Virus record (IMG/VR): IMGVR_UViG_3300031994_000010
Location: 32,001-96,000 of that record
DNA: 64,000 bases
Reading direction: 5' to 3' (one strand)
Source: a virus
Lineage: Duplodnaviria; Caudoviricetes
A program made the translations under genes and the position numbers. Within the stretch, counting starts at the first letter, position 1, and every line of letters starts with the position of its first letter. The notes under the pieces were generated by a model. That model was given only the letters and a program-made list of their open reading frames with translations. It was not told the origin of the DNA and did not search any database. Below, one piece after another: positions 1 through 13,300 of the stretch.

Positions 1-41
1 TAGATTTGAACTCAATAATTAACCTTTAAATATTTAAAGTT
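1..41 (+). promoter_or_regulatory. Putative Bacteroidota-type promoter -7 box (TAGATTTG) and leader element TTAACCTTTAAA
   Basis: TAGATTTG at 1-8 matches TAnnTTTG. TTAACCTTTAAA at 19-30 lies 11 nt before ATG 42. Both elements recur upstream of nrdD. Confidence 0.4.
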
Positions 42-377
42 ATGAACATTAACATTAGAAATTATCAAAGCGAAATTCAAAAATTTCAAGAAGGTGGTGC
101 TATGCCTGCTGAGGCTGCACCAGAAGCAGCTCCTATGGAAGCTGCTCCAGCAGAAGAAGCTCCACAAGGTGGTGGAGACCCAGTAATGGAACTTGCTCAA
201 ATGGCAATGCAAGCACTCCAAGGTCAAGATTGTGAAGCAGCTATGGCTGTATGTGAAGGATTTGTCCAGTTAGTTCAAGAAATGGCTGGCGGAGGCGCAG
301 CAGGTGCTCCAGGTGCAGCTCCAGAAGGCGAACCAGTCTATAGACGTGGTGGTAAGCTTATCGGATACATGAACTAA
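42..377 (+). CDS. Small Ala/Glu/Gly-rich virion-associated protein (111 aa)
   Basis: Intact ORF ending TAA. KFQEGG and PVYRRGGKL motifs are shared with the downstream cargo-like genes. Followed by a terminator. Confidence 0.8.
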   Translation: MNINIRNYQSEIQKFQEGGAMPAEAAPEAAPMEAAPAEEAPQGGGDPVMELAQMAMQALQGQDCEAAMAVCEGFVQLVQEMAGGGAAGAPGAAPEGEPVYRRGGKLIGYMN

Positions 378-387
378 TTCAGATTAT

Positions 388-424
388 AGGGAGCATAGAA
401 ATTCTATGTTCCCTTTTTTATTTT
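388..424 (+). terminator. Rho-independent terminator
   Basis: Stem AGGGAGCATAG.../...CTATGTTCCCT followed by a T-rich tract just after the 42-377 stop. Confidence 0.8.
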
Positions 425-439
425 AAATAATATTTAACT

Positions 440-3400
440 ATGGCAGAACAAGTTATAACTACAGCGGGATAGCCCGCTACACCGGAACAGCCTGCTGTAT
501 TTATAGCAGGTAATAGAAAATTAGATAAAACTCAATTAGAAAATAGTTTAAGTAGATACTTTGATACCTTTGTTAATGCTTATTAGGGCTCTTGGGGAGA
601 AAAAAATACTCAAGAAGTAAGATAGGCATATTCTAATATGATGAATGCGATTCATGATGGAAAAGTATCTATGAATATTGATGGGTCATTACAGATAAGT
701 GATGGCTCAATAGTAAATTCGCCAAATAAAAAAGGATTTGATGCGAATGCAGCAGTTGCCTACTTTGTAAAAAAAGTATCTGATACAATTCCTGATTAGA
801 CTGTTCAAAAACCTAAAAGTAAAAAATACACAGGAAACACTTTTAGAGGAAATTTCATTAAAAGTTTAACTCCAGATGATCCAGCTAATTTAACAAATGA
901 ATGGTGGAATAATAACTGGATTAATTTAGACTAGGAAGTTACTGATGAATCTGGAAATAGAAGTAGGCCATACACAAATCGATTGAAAGTATTTTAGAAT
1001 TTCTTAGATAAAGAAATTGCTAATCTAGATAATTATAATGAAGCAGGAGAAGAGTATGGAGATATAGACACTGTTAAACAAAGAATGTTAGACTTAAAAG
1101 AACGGTTAGCTGATGGTGATATTTCTGCAGAAGATAATCTTGCTTTAACAAGACTAGGCTTTGAACCTAGTTTTTTCACAACTCTTGGAACCCCCAAAAC
1201 TGAGGAAGAAGTAGCTGCAGAAAAAGAAGCTGCAGAAAAAGCAAAAGCTGAAGAAGCAGCAGCTGCTGCTAAAGCAGAACAGGAAAGACGTTCTAATACA
1301 GGTGTTTTAAACGTTATAAATGGTTTAACTAATAAAGATTCAGCTACTAATCCATAGGAATATGCTAATTACTTAGCAACAACTTATGGTGTAGGAGAAG
1401 AAGGTTTTAGCAGAATTAACCAAACTATAGAAGGGCTTTTAAACAAAGCATATTAGGGTTCTTTATAGGGAGTAGTTGGATTAAATTAGTAGGAACGAAG
1501 ACAATTAGGAAATTTCATTCACTTTATAAGAACTAATAATCCTGCATATCAAAATACATAGTTAACTCAAGAAGAGTTGGCTGAATTACAAACACATAAA
1601 AACTTTACTGGAGGAAGTGTATTTAAACTTCCTTGGAAAACTCAGGATGGAAGAAGTATATATGCAGATAACGCTGGAAAAGTATACTTTTTAAAACCAT
1701 CTAATAATAAAGAATTAACTTCTTAGTTAAAAGGAACAGACGCTCAGTATAAAAAAGGATTTTTATCTGGTACTGAATAGGGCCAAGCAGTTGCTGCTTA
1801 GTTAAAACTTGATGCTGAATAGTAGCGACATATATTTGAAGATATGCAGCCAGAAGATTTATTAGAAATAACTGCAGCTGCCGATGATACTATAGCACTT
1901 ATAGCTTCTTTTGTACCTGTTTATGGTACAGCAATTGCTGCAGCAGCAAGTTTAAAAAGTTTAGGATTAAGTACTTTAGCAGATGTTAGTAAAAGTATCA
2001 GAGGAAAACAGAGTTGGGGAGATACTGGTACATAGTTACTTACTAATGCAGGTCTAGCAGCTTTAGGTCTCTTACCAGGAGGAAAAACAGCTAGTGTCGC
2101 AGCTAAACTAGGAAAATGGAGTAAGGTATTCTTACGTGCATTACCTTTCTATTAGGCAGCAGGAATCATAACTAATCCAGAACCTTATAAATAGGCTATT
2201 TCTAAAATGGTAACTAGTCCTTAGAATTTAAATGTTGAGGATTTAAATAATCTTAAATATCTTTCTAGTACATTAGCAGGTTCTGCAATGTCTGGAAGAC
2301 AAATTCATTAGTCTGCTAAATATGGTGGAGCAAGAGAAGTTAGTGTTAAAGTTAAAAAAGGAACTGGAGAAGCGGCTCAAGAATCTACCGTAAAAATGAC
2401 TTCTAAATAGGCTTAGGAAATTCATAAAGCTGGAGTAGAAAGAGGTAAAGCAGCTGCTGATTAGAAATTACAAGAAGTAGTAAAGAAACAATCTGGAGAA
2501 CAAGCTGCTAAAGACTTAGTTTTAAACGAGGGAAATTATGCTGAAAAACCAGGAGTGCTCTCAAGAAATTGGAATGCTAGTAAAAATAGAATAACCTCTT
2601 TTACTGATTTCTTCCTTGGAGCTAAAGAACCCAAATTAGGAACTCTTACAGGAAAATCTACTATAAAAGGAAACGAAACTCCTGGATAGGTTCTAAGAAC
2701 TGATTATGATGTATATGTTCGTGGAATGTCCCCAATAGGACGTCCATGGGGAACCAGAACCTCTTCTACACAAGAAGGTGCTGTTTAGGAAACTCCTAGA
2801 ACTGGTGGAGAAGATTCTGAAGCTGTTGCAGAAACCTCTGCAGCTGAAACTCCTAGAATAGGAGCAGAAACTCCTATAGCTACAGAGACTCCTGCAAATC
2901 CAGTTAAAAAACCTTATACCTCTCCTTTCACTAAGAATTATCCACTAGAAGCAAGTTGGGAAAATACATTTAAGCCAAGGAACTTTACTATGTCTATGAC
3001 TAGACATTATAATTTTGCTAAACAAGGACTTACTCCTGAGGAACTAGCTATTGCTGATAATATTAAAGCAAAATGGGCAACTGCTACCAATACGGAGAAA
3101 TAGAGATTTGCGTCACTTATGATGGCTGGAACCAATAAAGTAAAAGCTTAGTAGTTAGAAGCCTAGAGACAAAAAGCAGAAAGTGGCGGTGTAAAGTCTG
3201 ATCAATCAAAAAAGATTTTAGCTAAAGCAAAAAAACTAGAAGGAGGAGAACAACTATTCACTGAAGGAAAAGAAATTAGTAAACTGGAAACTCGTCCTTT
3301 CTATCCAAATATTGATGAAAATGCTGCAGCTAATCGTAATGGTCACGGAGGTTTATCTAGTTCTGATAGAATATACAGTACAGACTTAGGTTTACATGAC

Positions 3401-5431
3401 AAATCTGTCTATTTAGTTATGCATAATGGCAAATTTATGCTCTGGAGATATGATCGCGGATATATGACTTTAAAATTGGCCGAAGCCGAGGGTATAGAAA
3501 TGAACATTCCTGAGGCCATTAGAGCGGTATTAGAAAGTGCTCCACAGACAAATAGAAGAGGTGGAAAACTTCAACAACTTCTTGAATTAAAAAGAAGAGG
3601 AGGAGTAATCAAAGCTCAACAAGGTATACAAATAAATCCTGGAACTTCTTGGTATGGAGATATATTCTCTACTTATAAACAACATATATTAAATCAATTA
3701 AAAACATATGGACAATCATATGCTGCCTGGTTAAATAGTATGTAGGATTCTCATTCAGCTATGTATAAAAAAGCTGGTGATAACTTTTTAAATGTAGCTT
3801 ATAATGGAGATCCTGATTCAGTAAGGAGTTATTAGTAGGATTATCTAAGAGATACTGTAGATGAAGCAGATGGAAGACATCCTTTAGGCTACAATGTAGG
3901 TATCGCAAATGCTGCTAAGAAAGGACGTTATAAAAGACTTGGAACTGCTGGTACTGGTACAGACTGGTCAACTACTAGTTATCAACCTGATGGATTATAC
4001 AGTGGAGAAACTGATGATAGAAGAATTCTTGGTAGACAAGGAGATTTTAGCGACGAATAGTTAGCAGAACTTCAGACGGAATTAAAACCCCATGGTTTTC
4101 ATTTATATTTAGATCCTAGTAATAATTATTATAAATTAGGTAGATTTGGAGACAATGGAGAATTAATAAGTCTAGCAGGAGACTCTTTAAACAATTTAGC
4201 TGGGCCTTAGAATCCCAGTTCTTAGAATCCCACTGCTCCTACTGAAGGAGGTAATCCTCAACCACCTAGTTTAGCAACTCCTGGAATTAGTGGAAGTTAG
4301 GTAACAGGAGATAAATAGGCTTAGGGTGTTGATTTAGACAAGTATAGACTACAAGAAAATCTACCACAATTATTAAATACTAGTATGTCTATTGCTAGTA
4401 TGTTGGGTAATATAGGTACAACTAATAGTAATTATAAAACAGCTGTACAAGCTCTGCGTCAACTACGTTTGCTTGATCCAGCATAGAAATATCATCAAGT
4501 TATGGATGATTACGCTGGAAATTAGTTAGCTGCTAATCAAGCTGCTACAGTAAGGAACAGAGCTAATAAAGCAATCTCTTCTGATAGAGCATTTAATGAA
4601 GCTAGAGCATTAGAAGGTGAGAATAAAGCTCTGGATTTAGTGAGACAACAAGCTACTTAGGACTAGAAAATTAGATAGTAGCATGCTTTAACGGCTGAAC
4701 AGTATGGAAATGAAAATAGAGCAGCACGTATTGATGTTGGTAATAAGAATGGTTAGTTAATGTATGATTTAGCTCAAAAGTTAGGTAATGCTGAATAGTC
4801 TAAGCGTTTAGCTAACTGGACTTCTATTGATAACTTTATAAAAGAAAATATTTTCAAAGGTTAGCAAAAGCTCGATAAGAGAGAGGCTATATTAGAAAAT
4901 TGGAAAGCACAAAGACTTGGTGGAAGAAATGCTTGGATTAATAGAAAACTTCAATCTGATCCAGAATATCTACGAGCACTATCTGAGTATGAAAAAATTA
5001 GCAAAAATACCGATGCTACTGAAGAAGAAAAACTTGCAGCAGTTAAAAAAGTTAGACAACGAATAGCTGAAGTATAGTTAGAAGCAGGTAGAGGTTGGGA
5101 TTAGGAATATGCTAAATTATATGGACTACCTTATTATGAATATGATGACCCATTTGAATAGGCACTATCTATATACTAGAGATATAATAGTCCAGTAGCT
5201 AGTGTTACATCTCAACAAACTCCCACAGGAACTCCTGTACTTAGAAAAGGTGGAGTATTAGATGCTTAGGTAGAAGCTTTAAAAAGTATTAATTCTAGAG
5301 CTAATTCTTAGGACGTTACTGAACGTGAAAGACTAAGAGCTAGAAAAGCCGATGCAGATAGATTTATGAAATCTATTTGGAAAGCTATGGATATGTATAT
5401 ATAGCAAACTAAAAATCTAAATAAAAAATGA
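440..5431 (+). CDS. Large virion cargo/ejection-type protein, 1663 aa with TAG=Gln
   Basis: ATG 440. Track ORFs 1085, 1844 and 3419 are all in this frame; the stretch translated by hand (440-~2200) is interrupted only by TAG. Ends TGA 5429-5431 overlapping the next ATG (ATGA). Has a hydrophobic Gly/Ala-rich segment at ~1890-2170. Confidence 0.8.
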
Positions 5432-7344
5432 GAATTAAAATACGAAAATACTAGTAGGGTGGAGGTGTTATGGCCTCCATCTACTAGCCAGTCACTACAA
5501 CTTCTGGAGCTTCTGGAGTTAATACAGCTCAGTACGCTATAAATCTATTAAATTCTGGAACAACAGGAGGAGGAAGCTCCTCATCATCGTCTTCTTCTTC
5601 TGATAAGGGGAAAATTACTGAAAAAGATTTATATACTGGGTTATATAAAACTATAGCTGAACAAGGGTTGATTAGTGACTCACAATATATAATTAGTCAA
5701 TTATAGAATGATTTATTTAATGAAAGTTTAACAAATCCATTTGGAGATACTTCTGATTTAACTGGAAGATATATGAAAGCTTTATCTTATGTAAATATGG
5801 CAAAGTCTAATTAGAAGTTATATGACGAAGCATATAAATAGGCGGTGTCTAAGGACAGCCTGCACGAAACTGCCGTTACAACGGACGGTAAAGTTGTAGT
5901 AAAAGCTAGAGATGGACAAATTACTATGATTAGTCCAGAATAGTATAGAAAAAATCCAGGTAATTACACCCTAATGACTAATGGAAATCTATTAGCTGAA
6001 AGAATGAATAATCCCAAAATGGCTTTCTAGAATGGAGTATTTGGGGTTGTTCAAAATGGTACTTCTATAAAAGAAATTTCTCAAACTATAGATGCCTTTG
6101 TTAAAAACTTAGGTGAATAGGAAGGTTCCGATGAAAAATTAACTGATGATATTAGAATACAAGATGGTATTCATACTTTAAAATAGGCAGTAGCAAAACA
6201 AGGAGTTGAACCAGTTATATCAGCAATATAGAGTGGAAATTTATATAAAATAGGAATAACTTCAAAAAGCAACGTTGAAAATATACAACTTGCTATTGAA
6301 TCTATATATAATATTCTTCCAGAAAACCAAAAAACTTTATTAGAATTACGTGGAGGAAAAGCTGCTTTAGCTGGATTAATTTCTATTTAGACTAAAGAAT
6401 CCTTTAAATTCACTATAGACGAACAATCTAGTTCTGATAAAAAAGATGGAAAATCAGGAAAATCTGGAAGTGGTAAAGGAGAGGCTGAACTAAATTACGC
6501 TGAAATTCTTTATCATGGAGCTAATGAACCAGAACTAGTATAGTTTGGAATTAAAAATAGTGTAATTCAAGCCATGGGAAGACGTTCTCGTATTACAAAT
6601 TATCAAGGAGAGTCTTTAGGTAGTGATTTTTCTTACTCAGAACTATACAAGTCTTAGGTTGGTAGTGTGTTAAAATTTGATTAGGCAAGTTTTGGAGATG
6701 TACCAATTAATAAAGCTCTAAAAGACAGAATTATTATTGATAATGATGAAATTGTAGGGGTAGATTTACCTTATAAATAGCTTTAGGATGGACGAATTGT
6801 TCCAAACTTTGAACTTCTTACTAAAATAAGGGAACTTGACGATAAAATCCTTTAGCAAGGATTGTCTCCAAGTAATCCTTCAGATATATCCAAGATAAAT
6901 CAGATGTATAAGGATGCGGGTTTACCCATTAAATATGCTCTTAATGGTAGTGGATAGATTTAGTTAACAAAAAATTACAAAAGATTTGCAGCAGTTTAGG
7001 CTACTGCAGATGAAGAAGCTTTAATTGGAGGATACTCTGTATCTAACCCTACTTTAGAAGTAGTAGAGGATGAGAATGAATAGGAAGAATATATAAGGCG
7101 AGTACGTGAAATAACTAAAGATAAAGAGTTTAATCTAGATAAACGAGGATTATTTAGTTTTGGAGACAGGCATTTAGTTAGAGGTACTATTTTCATTCCA
7201 ATAGGAGGTAGTGCTATTGACGCTAGAATGGCTAGTAGTAGTGGTAAAGTCACTGGAGGAACTACTGATTATGATACTATTAGAGGTAGGGACTACGCTA
7301 GGCAAAATTATGTTGTACCAGAAGAAACTAATTTGACACCATAA
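5428..7344 (+). CDS. Virion cargo-type protein, 638 aa with TAG=Gln
   Basis: Starts MRIKIRKY(TAG)(TAG)GGGV. Only TAG interruptions in the part translated. Ends TAA 7342-7344 in a TAATG overlap with the next gene. Absent from the standard ORF track. Confidence 0.8.
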
Positions 7345-10300
7345 TGGAAAAACAAAATGATTACTTTATAAATTAGCTGTATAATCCTACATTTATGGCA
7401 GGAGACTTTCAGAATGTAGGATTAAATACAACTAATACCACAATATAGGATAAAGAAGTTTATAAAAAATTAGATGTAGTCTAGAATAATGATATGTTCT
7501 AGACTAATGGTAGCTTTGATGAAAATAAATTTAATGCATTTTATGAAAAAGCTTTATTAGGTTATAATGATTTATCTGGAAAAGATCATGCTGAAAGATT
7601 AGCTACTACTTATTCAGCATTTAGAACTGATTTATTCGCTACCTCTTCACAGAATAGAAGTACAGGGCCAGAAACTTTAATTACTAAAATAGCAAATCCT
7701 GAAGGAAATAGTTTAGGATTCGTAAGTAGAAATATAAAAGGAGTTCAAAGGCTTTCTGTTAGAGAAAATGCAGAAGCTCATTTATTTTATGATGGTGCTA
7801 CTAATACTTGGAAGGAGTCCCCAAATAACACAAAATTAGACAACTTTATAAATCCAAAAGTATTAGCTTAGTATGATGAAGATGTAGATATAAATGGTAA
7901 AGTTAGAGGATAGGCAGGATTTGACCCAAATAATATACAATATCATAAAGGGGATAAAAAAATAAATCCAATTACTGGAGAATACTATTATGAATCTTTA
8001 AATGGTCGTTCTATTTATGGAAGAGATGTTTTATCCGGTTGGGACACATTGACTGTGGATGGTTCTACTTTTAACTAGTATGATTTTTTTGATTCAGATG
8101 ATTTAAATAAAAAAACTAGAGGCTCTTTACTTAAAGCAGCAGTCAAAGTTGCTCCTGCTTTAATTTCAAATATATCTCCTTGGTATATTGGAGCGAGGTT
8201 AGCATTATCTTCTGCAGACTTAGTAGCTAAAATAGGAAAAATGCTTCCTGGAGTAAGTAGTGATAATAAAGTATTATCATATTTAGAAGGATTAAATGCA
8301 GCTTGGACCACTTCTACCTCAGATGATGCTTAGTAGCACGCTTGGAAATTAGAAAATATATTTAATCTTGGTGCCGATGTGTTTACTTAGCTAGCAGAAC
8401 AACGTTGGATATTTCAAAGAGCGGGGGCTATTAAAAATGGTAAGTTAGCTTATGATAAAAAAGCCCAAGAAAAATATGTAAAAGAACTTGAAAAGAAATG
8501 GTTTGACAATTTCTCTGGAAAAATAGAAAGTAGAGAAGACTTGTTTGATCTTCCGGCAATGGCTAAATTCGAAGCACAAGCAGCTTTAGAAAGAAAACTT
8601 AAATCCACTGAAAAACTAAGTGAGCAATTATCTAAATTATATATGACAGGAATAACTGTAGCAGATTCATTTAGTGAGGCTAAAGAGTCTGGATTAAGTG
8701 ATGCAGAAGCTGCAGTATTTACTTTAGTTTATGGTTTAGGAGAATATGGTATTCTTAGTACTAATTTAGGAGAACATATTCTTCCAGAATTACGTGCTAA
8801 TAAAATTAGATGGCAAAATATTGCAAAAACATTAGCAGGATTTAAAGAAGAAGCTAAAGGGGATAGTAGAAAGTTTTATCAAAAGATTGTAGATTTTGCT
8901 AAATAGACAGTTGTTGGTGATTATAACGATTCTAAAATTGCTAGAGCATTATCTACTGGAGGAACTAAGAAAGCTTTTGCATTTTCTATGGCTTCTAACG
9001 CTTTGGGAGAAGGTTTAGAAGAAGTATCAGAAGAAGCTTGGTTAGATTTAGCAAAAGGACTATACAATGCGGCTGCTGATATGCATATGACCTAGACTGG
9101 AGCTACCTTCCAAAATAATGGCGGTCTAGAAGAAATGTTGAATAGATATGCCATGAACTTTGTAGGAGGTTTAGTAGGTGGAGGTATAGCAGTTGGACTA
9201 CCAGGTTTTTAGTAGGGAATTAAAAACATGTTAGGAACCAACATGGATACTAAATAGGCATATCAAGAATTAGTTTCTCTTATAAGAAATGGTGAAATGG
9301 AGGATTTCTTAAAGACAATAAAAAAACTAGAATTAAACGACTCTACAAAATCCGCAACATAGTATGAAATATCGGACAATAAGATAATGTATAAGCCAGG
9401 AACTGAAACTGATAATCAAAATAAAGCCACTCATGATATCTTAGAACACGCTGTTAGAATGATAAATGATTTACTAACAGTAAATGGGGCAAATATATCT
9501 GATGATTCAATATTAAAAAATCTAACCTAGGACGCTCAAAAACTATTATAGTTTCACAGAGTATTAGGAAATGATGCAGTAGGTTCTTCTGTTTTAGCTT
9601 CCTATGTATAGGATTATAATACATTAGCCACTTAGATAGCTGATATAGCCCTTAAACTTGATGCATTGGAAAATCCAGCAGTTGACTAGGAAGGTAAAAA
9701 ATAGGCTATTACTGCACAAAACTAGTAGGAAATTACTACTCTCAAAAATAAATTAAATAAATTATTAGAATAGAGAGACTTATATATTAATGGAGGAATG
9801 ACCAAATATGCTCTCCCAGCAGCTATATTTGAGATGTCAGACTTCATATCCAGTCCATACTTATCTACTAATTTTAAACAATATATAGAGAAAGTTGAAG
9901 GAAAACCTTTGGAAGAGTTATCACCTGAAAGAGTTTTAGAACTTAAAGAACAATGGAAATGGTATAAAGAAACTTAGCTTTCTGATGATATAAGAACAGC
10001 TCACGGTTATTTTTAGGAAATTCAAAAAAGATTCTCTAAAAATTTAGAAGAATTTAATCAATTATATTCTAAAACATAGAATGCTTTAGGTAATTTAAGC
10101 ACAATTTTCTAGAGAACTGAAGAAGGAATACTGAATACTCCTGGATAGTTAGCAGAAGATATCTAGGCTAATGCTTAGAGTTATGAAGTTGATGCTATTA
10201 ATAGAAGAGTTTAGCCAAACTCTAAAATTAATGGAACTATTAAAACAGTTCGCTCTTTAGTTACAGCTTTACAAGAACTTAATCCTGAAGATGAATCTTT

Positions 10301-13300
10301 ATAGAAGATTTAGGAAAAGTTAAACTTTTTAAATCTTCCTCCAACTGCTAAAGAATTAAATGCTGATTAGCAATTAATAGTATTAAAGTTAGCTAAGATA
10401 TTGACTCCAGACTTAAATGCTATACAAGATTCAGTATTTAATGCTTTACGAGCTATATAGAATACTGATCCAGCAACTGTTTCTTAGGAAACTATTCTAT
10501 CTACATTAAAACAAATTAATCCTGAAATTAAAGAGCTTAATCAGGAAAACTTAGATTTATTTAATTAGGTAAAAGCCGCATTAGGAACTACTCCTTTACC
10601 TGCTGAACTTAGTAGTTTAGAATTAGAATAGTAGATGCAGTTATTAGAAATAGCTAAACAACTTAATCCTGAATTAACAGCAGTATCTGATGATTAGTTA
10701 AATACACTAAAAGATAGATATTTTAAAGAAGCTTTAATTGAAGCATTTGTAAAAAAGGATCCAGAAACTGATGATGTTAGTCTTAGAGAAGAAATTAAAT
10801 AGATAATTTAGGATATTCCTTATATGAATTAGGACCTAAAAGACTATTTAAAAACTGATTTACTTACTCAGTTGGAAATATATGTAGAACAAGAAAGTGA
10901 TTTGTTTGATACGGATGCTACAAATGAGGATTTAATTAATTTTATTAGGGTTATTGGTATGGAAATTGATAAACTTCCAACAACTCCTATAGAACAATTA
11001 GCTGATTAGTTTATGTTAGCTATTGGAGAAAATAGGTATAAATTATCTTAGTTAATCAAAGCATTATAGACTCAAATGAGAATTTCAGTTGGAAGTGATG
11101 CTATTGGAGAGTTTGGATATTCTGATGAAGTAGCAGACCAAATTGATAATGCTCTACAAATTTTATCACTTTTAGAAGCTCATGTACTAGCTTCTAGGTC
11201 CGATGGTAAAAATATTGGTAATATATTTGGATATAATGTAGTAGTTAACAAATTAATTCCAGAAATGAATTTAGCTACCATAGACAAAAATACTGCTAAT
11301 GTAATTATGTAGGATATAGCCAAACTAAAATCTAAATTACTTTATTATTAGGGTATTTTTAAGGTTAATTCTGGATAGAAACTTTCAGAACAATCTAAAA
11401 TTAATATAAAATTAAAAACAGCATTTGTCAAAAGATTAAAAGCTATAATATCTATTTTGCCGGACGACTGGGAAAAACAAGATGAAAATGGTGTACTTCT
11501 TTTAAGTAACCTAAAATCTATTTTAGAAAAATGCTCTACAATTAATGACATATTAAATAGTTCGGAATCAAATAGATTTTAGTTAAATCCAGAAAAAACA
11601 AAAACATTCGAAAAAGAATATTTAGAAATAAGTGATGCTATTTATGATTTATTTAATTAGAAGGATAATTTAAAGAGGATACAAGATGGAGAACTAGATT
11701 CTTTAATGGATTAGTTGGTATTATTACCTTCTACAACAGGAGATTCAACTACTTTTGATGGTACTAACGTAGATCTAAACTTAGAAACTATTGATGACAG
11801 AAGTTTTTTATGGATGTTAATTGCAAATGCTTCTGTTAAAACTTCTGATTTTTATGCGGAATACATAAAGAGTATTAGTGATAAATATGCTCCTATTCCT
11901 GGACAAGAATTAGCTATTAAAATGGGTTATTCTTTCCTATTAAATCGTCCGATGTTTTAGGCATTTGGAAAAGCTTACAATAAAAAATTCTTGAAAGAAT
12001 TAGAAACTATAGATTCCGATTAGTTAACGATTAAATATGGAAAAGGGGCAAATAAAGACGCAAAGCTGGATAGTGATTATGCTCTTTAGATGCTAAACAC
12101 TTTCTTAGTAGAAGGAATACCAGGAGCAGGTAAGAGTACTGGATATTATTCTATTTTAATAGATATGCTAAAATAGAATCATAAAGAGTTCTTAAGAAAT
12201 GTGTGGGTAGTTCATACTGATGCTACTAAAGCTGCTAAATTTGCAGAAAATATAGGATTAGAAGCAGCAAATGTTACAGCTCTTGATAAAAATTAGTATT
12301 TAAAAAAAATTTGTCCAGACTATTAGTAGCCAACAGTAAAAAATGGAGTAATATCTTTATCTATAAATGAACTGCAAACTGATCCAGAAACCAATTTAAA
12401 ACATTATAAAAATGAAACTCTTTCATAGGATTCTAATATCCCAACATTAATTATAATGGATGAGTCTACTAGATTCTCTTAGTAGGATTTCTTATTATCT
12501 GAAAAATATTAGCAAGAACATGGTGTAGCATCTTTAGCTACTGGTGATTATGATTAGTTAGGAGCATTTGGAAGTACTAAAATTGATGACAAAACTACAT
12601 TGGTATTTAAAACTGCTTCTGATAATTTTGTCCATAGTCCTAAACTTGGTACATCGATGCGTACAGATAATAAAATAAAGGATACTAATATTCAAATTCT
12701 TAGGTCACAAAGGCTTTCTACAGTTAACGCTTTAACTAATAAGGATACTCCTCAACCAGTTTTATTAAATTATTATGAATCAGATGAAGGTTTATGGGGA
12801 GAGAAAATAGTCCCAACAGCATCTGAGTAGGATGTAATTAAATTACTCAATACCTTAAAGGATGGTGAACAATTATTATATATATACTTTAATGAGGATT
12901 CTGATACATATAAAATAATTGATAAGTTATCTAAAGAAGAAGAATATAAAAATAAAATAGTTAAGAAATCTAGTTCTGATTCTTAGGGAGATGAAGCTAA
13001 ATATGCTATTATTGAGACTCTACCTATTGAACAAAATAAATAGAGAGACGATTATGAGTTTGTATATAGTTCCTTCTATACGGGTGTTACAAGATCCAGT
13101 TAGGGAACTTTAATAGTTAATACTGGTGATACTAGTATATTCTAGACAACTAAAGTAAAACAATTAACTAAAAGCCCATTATCTAAGCAAGCTATTCAAT
13201 AGTATGCAAATACTAGAAAAGAAATATTATAGAGTTTATTAACTGGAAATGAAAAACCGACTACTATAATTGGAAAAAAACCTGATACACCTAATCCTCC

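Noticed and set aside
1190-2900. Short repeats (EKEAAEKAK run at ~1200-1280; GAAACTCCT/ETP repeats at ~2790-2893) as a CRISPR or DNA repeat array
   Set aside because: They are in-frame low-complexity protein linkers without constant repeat-spacer periodicity.
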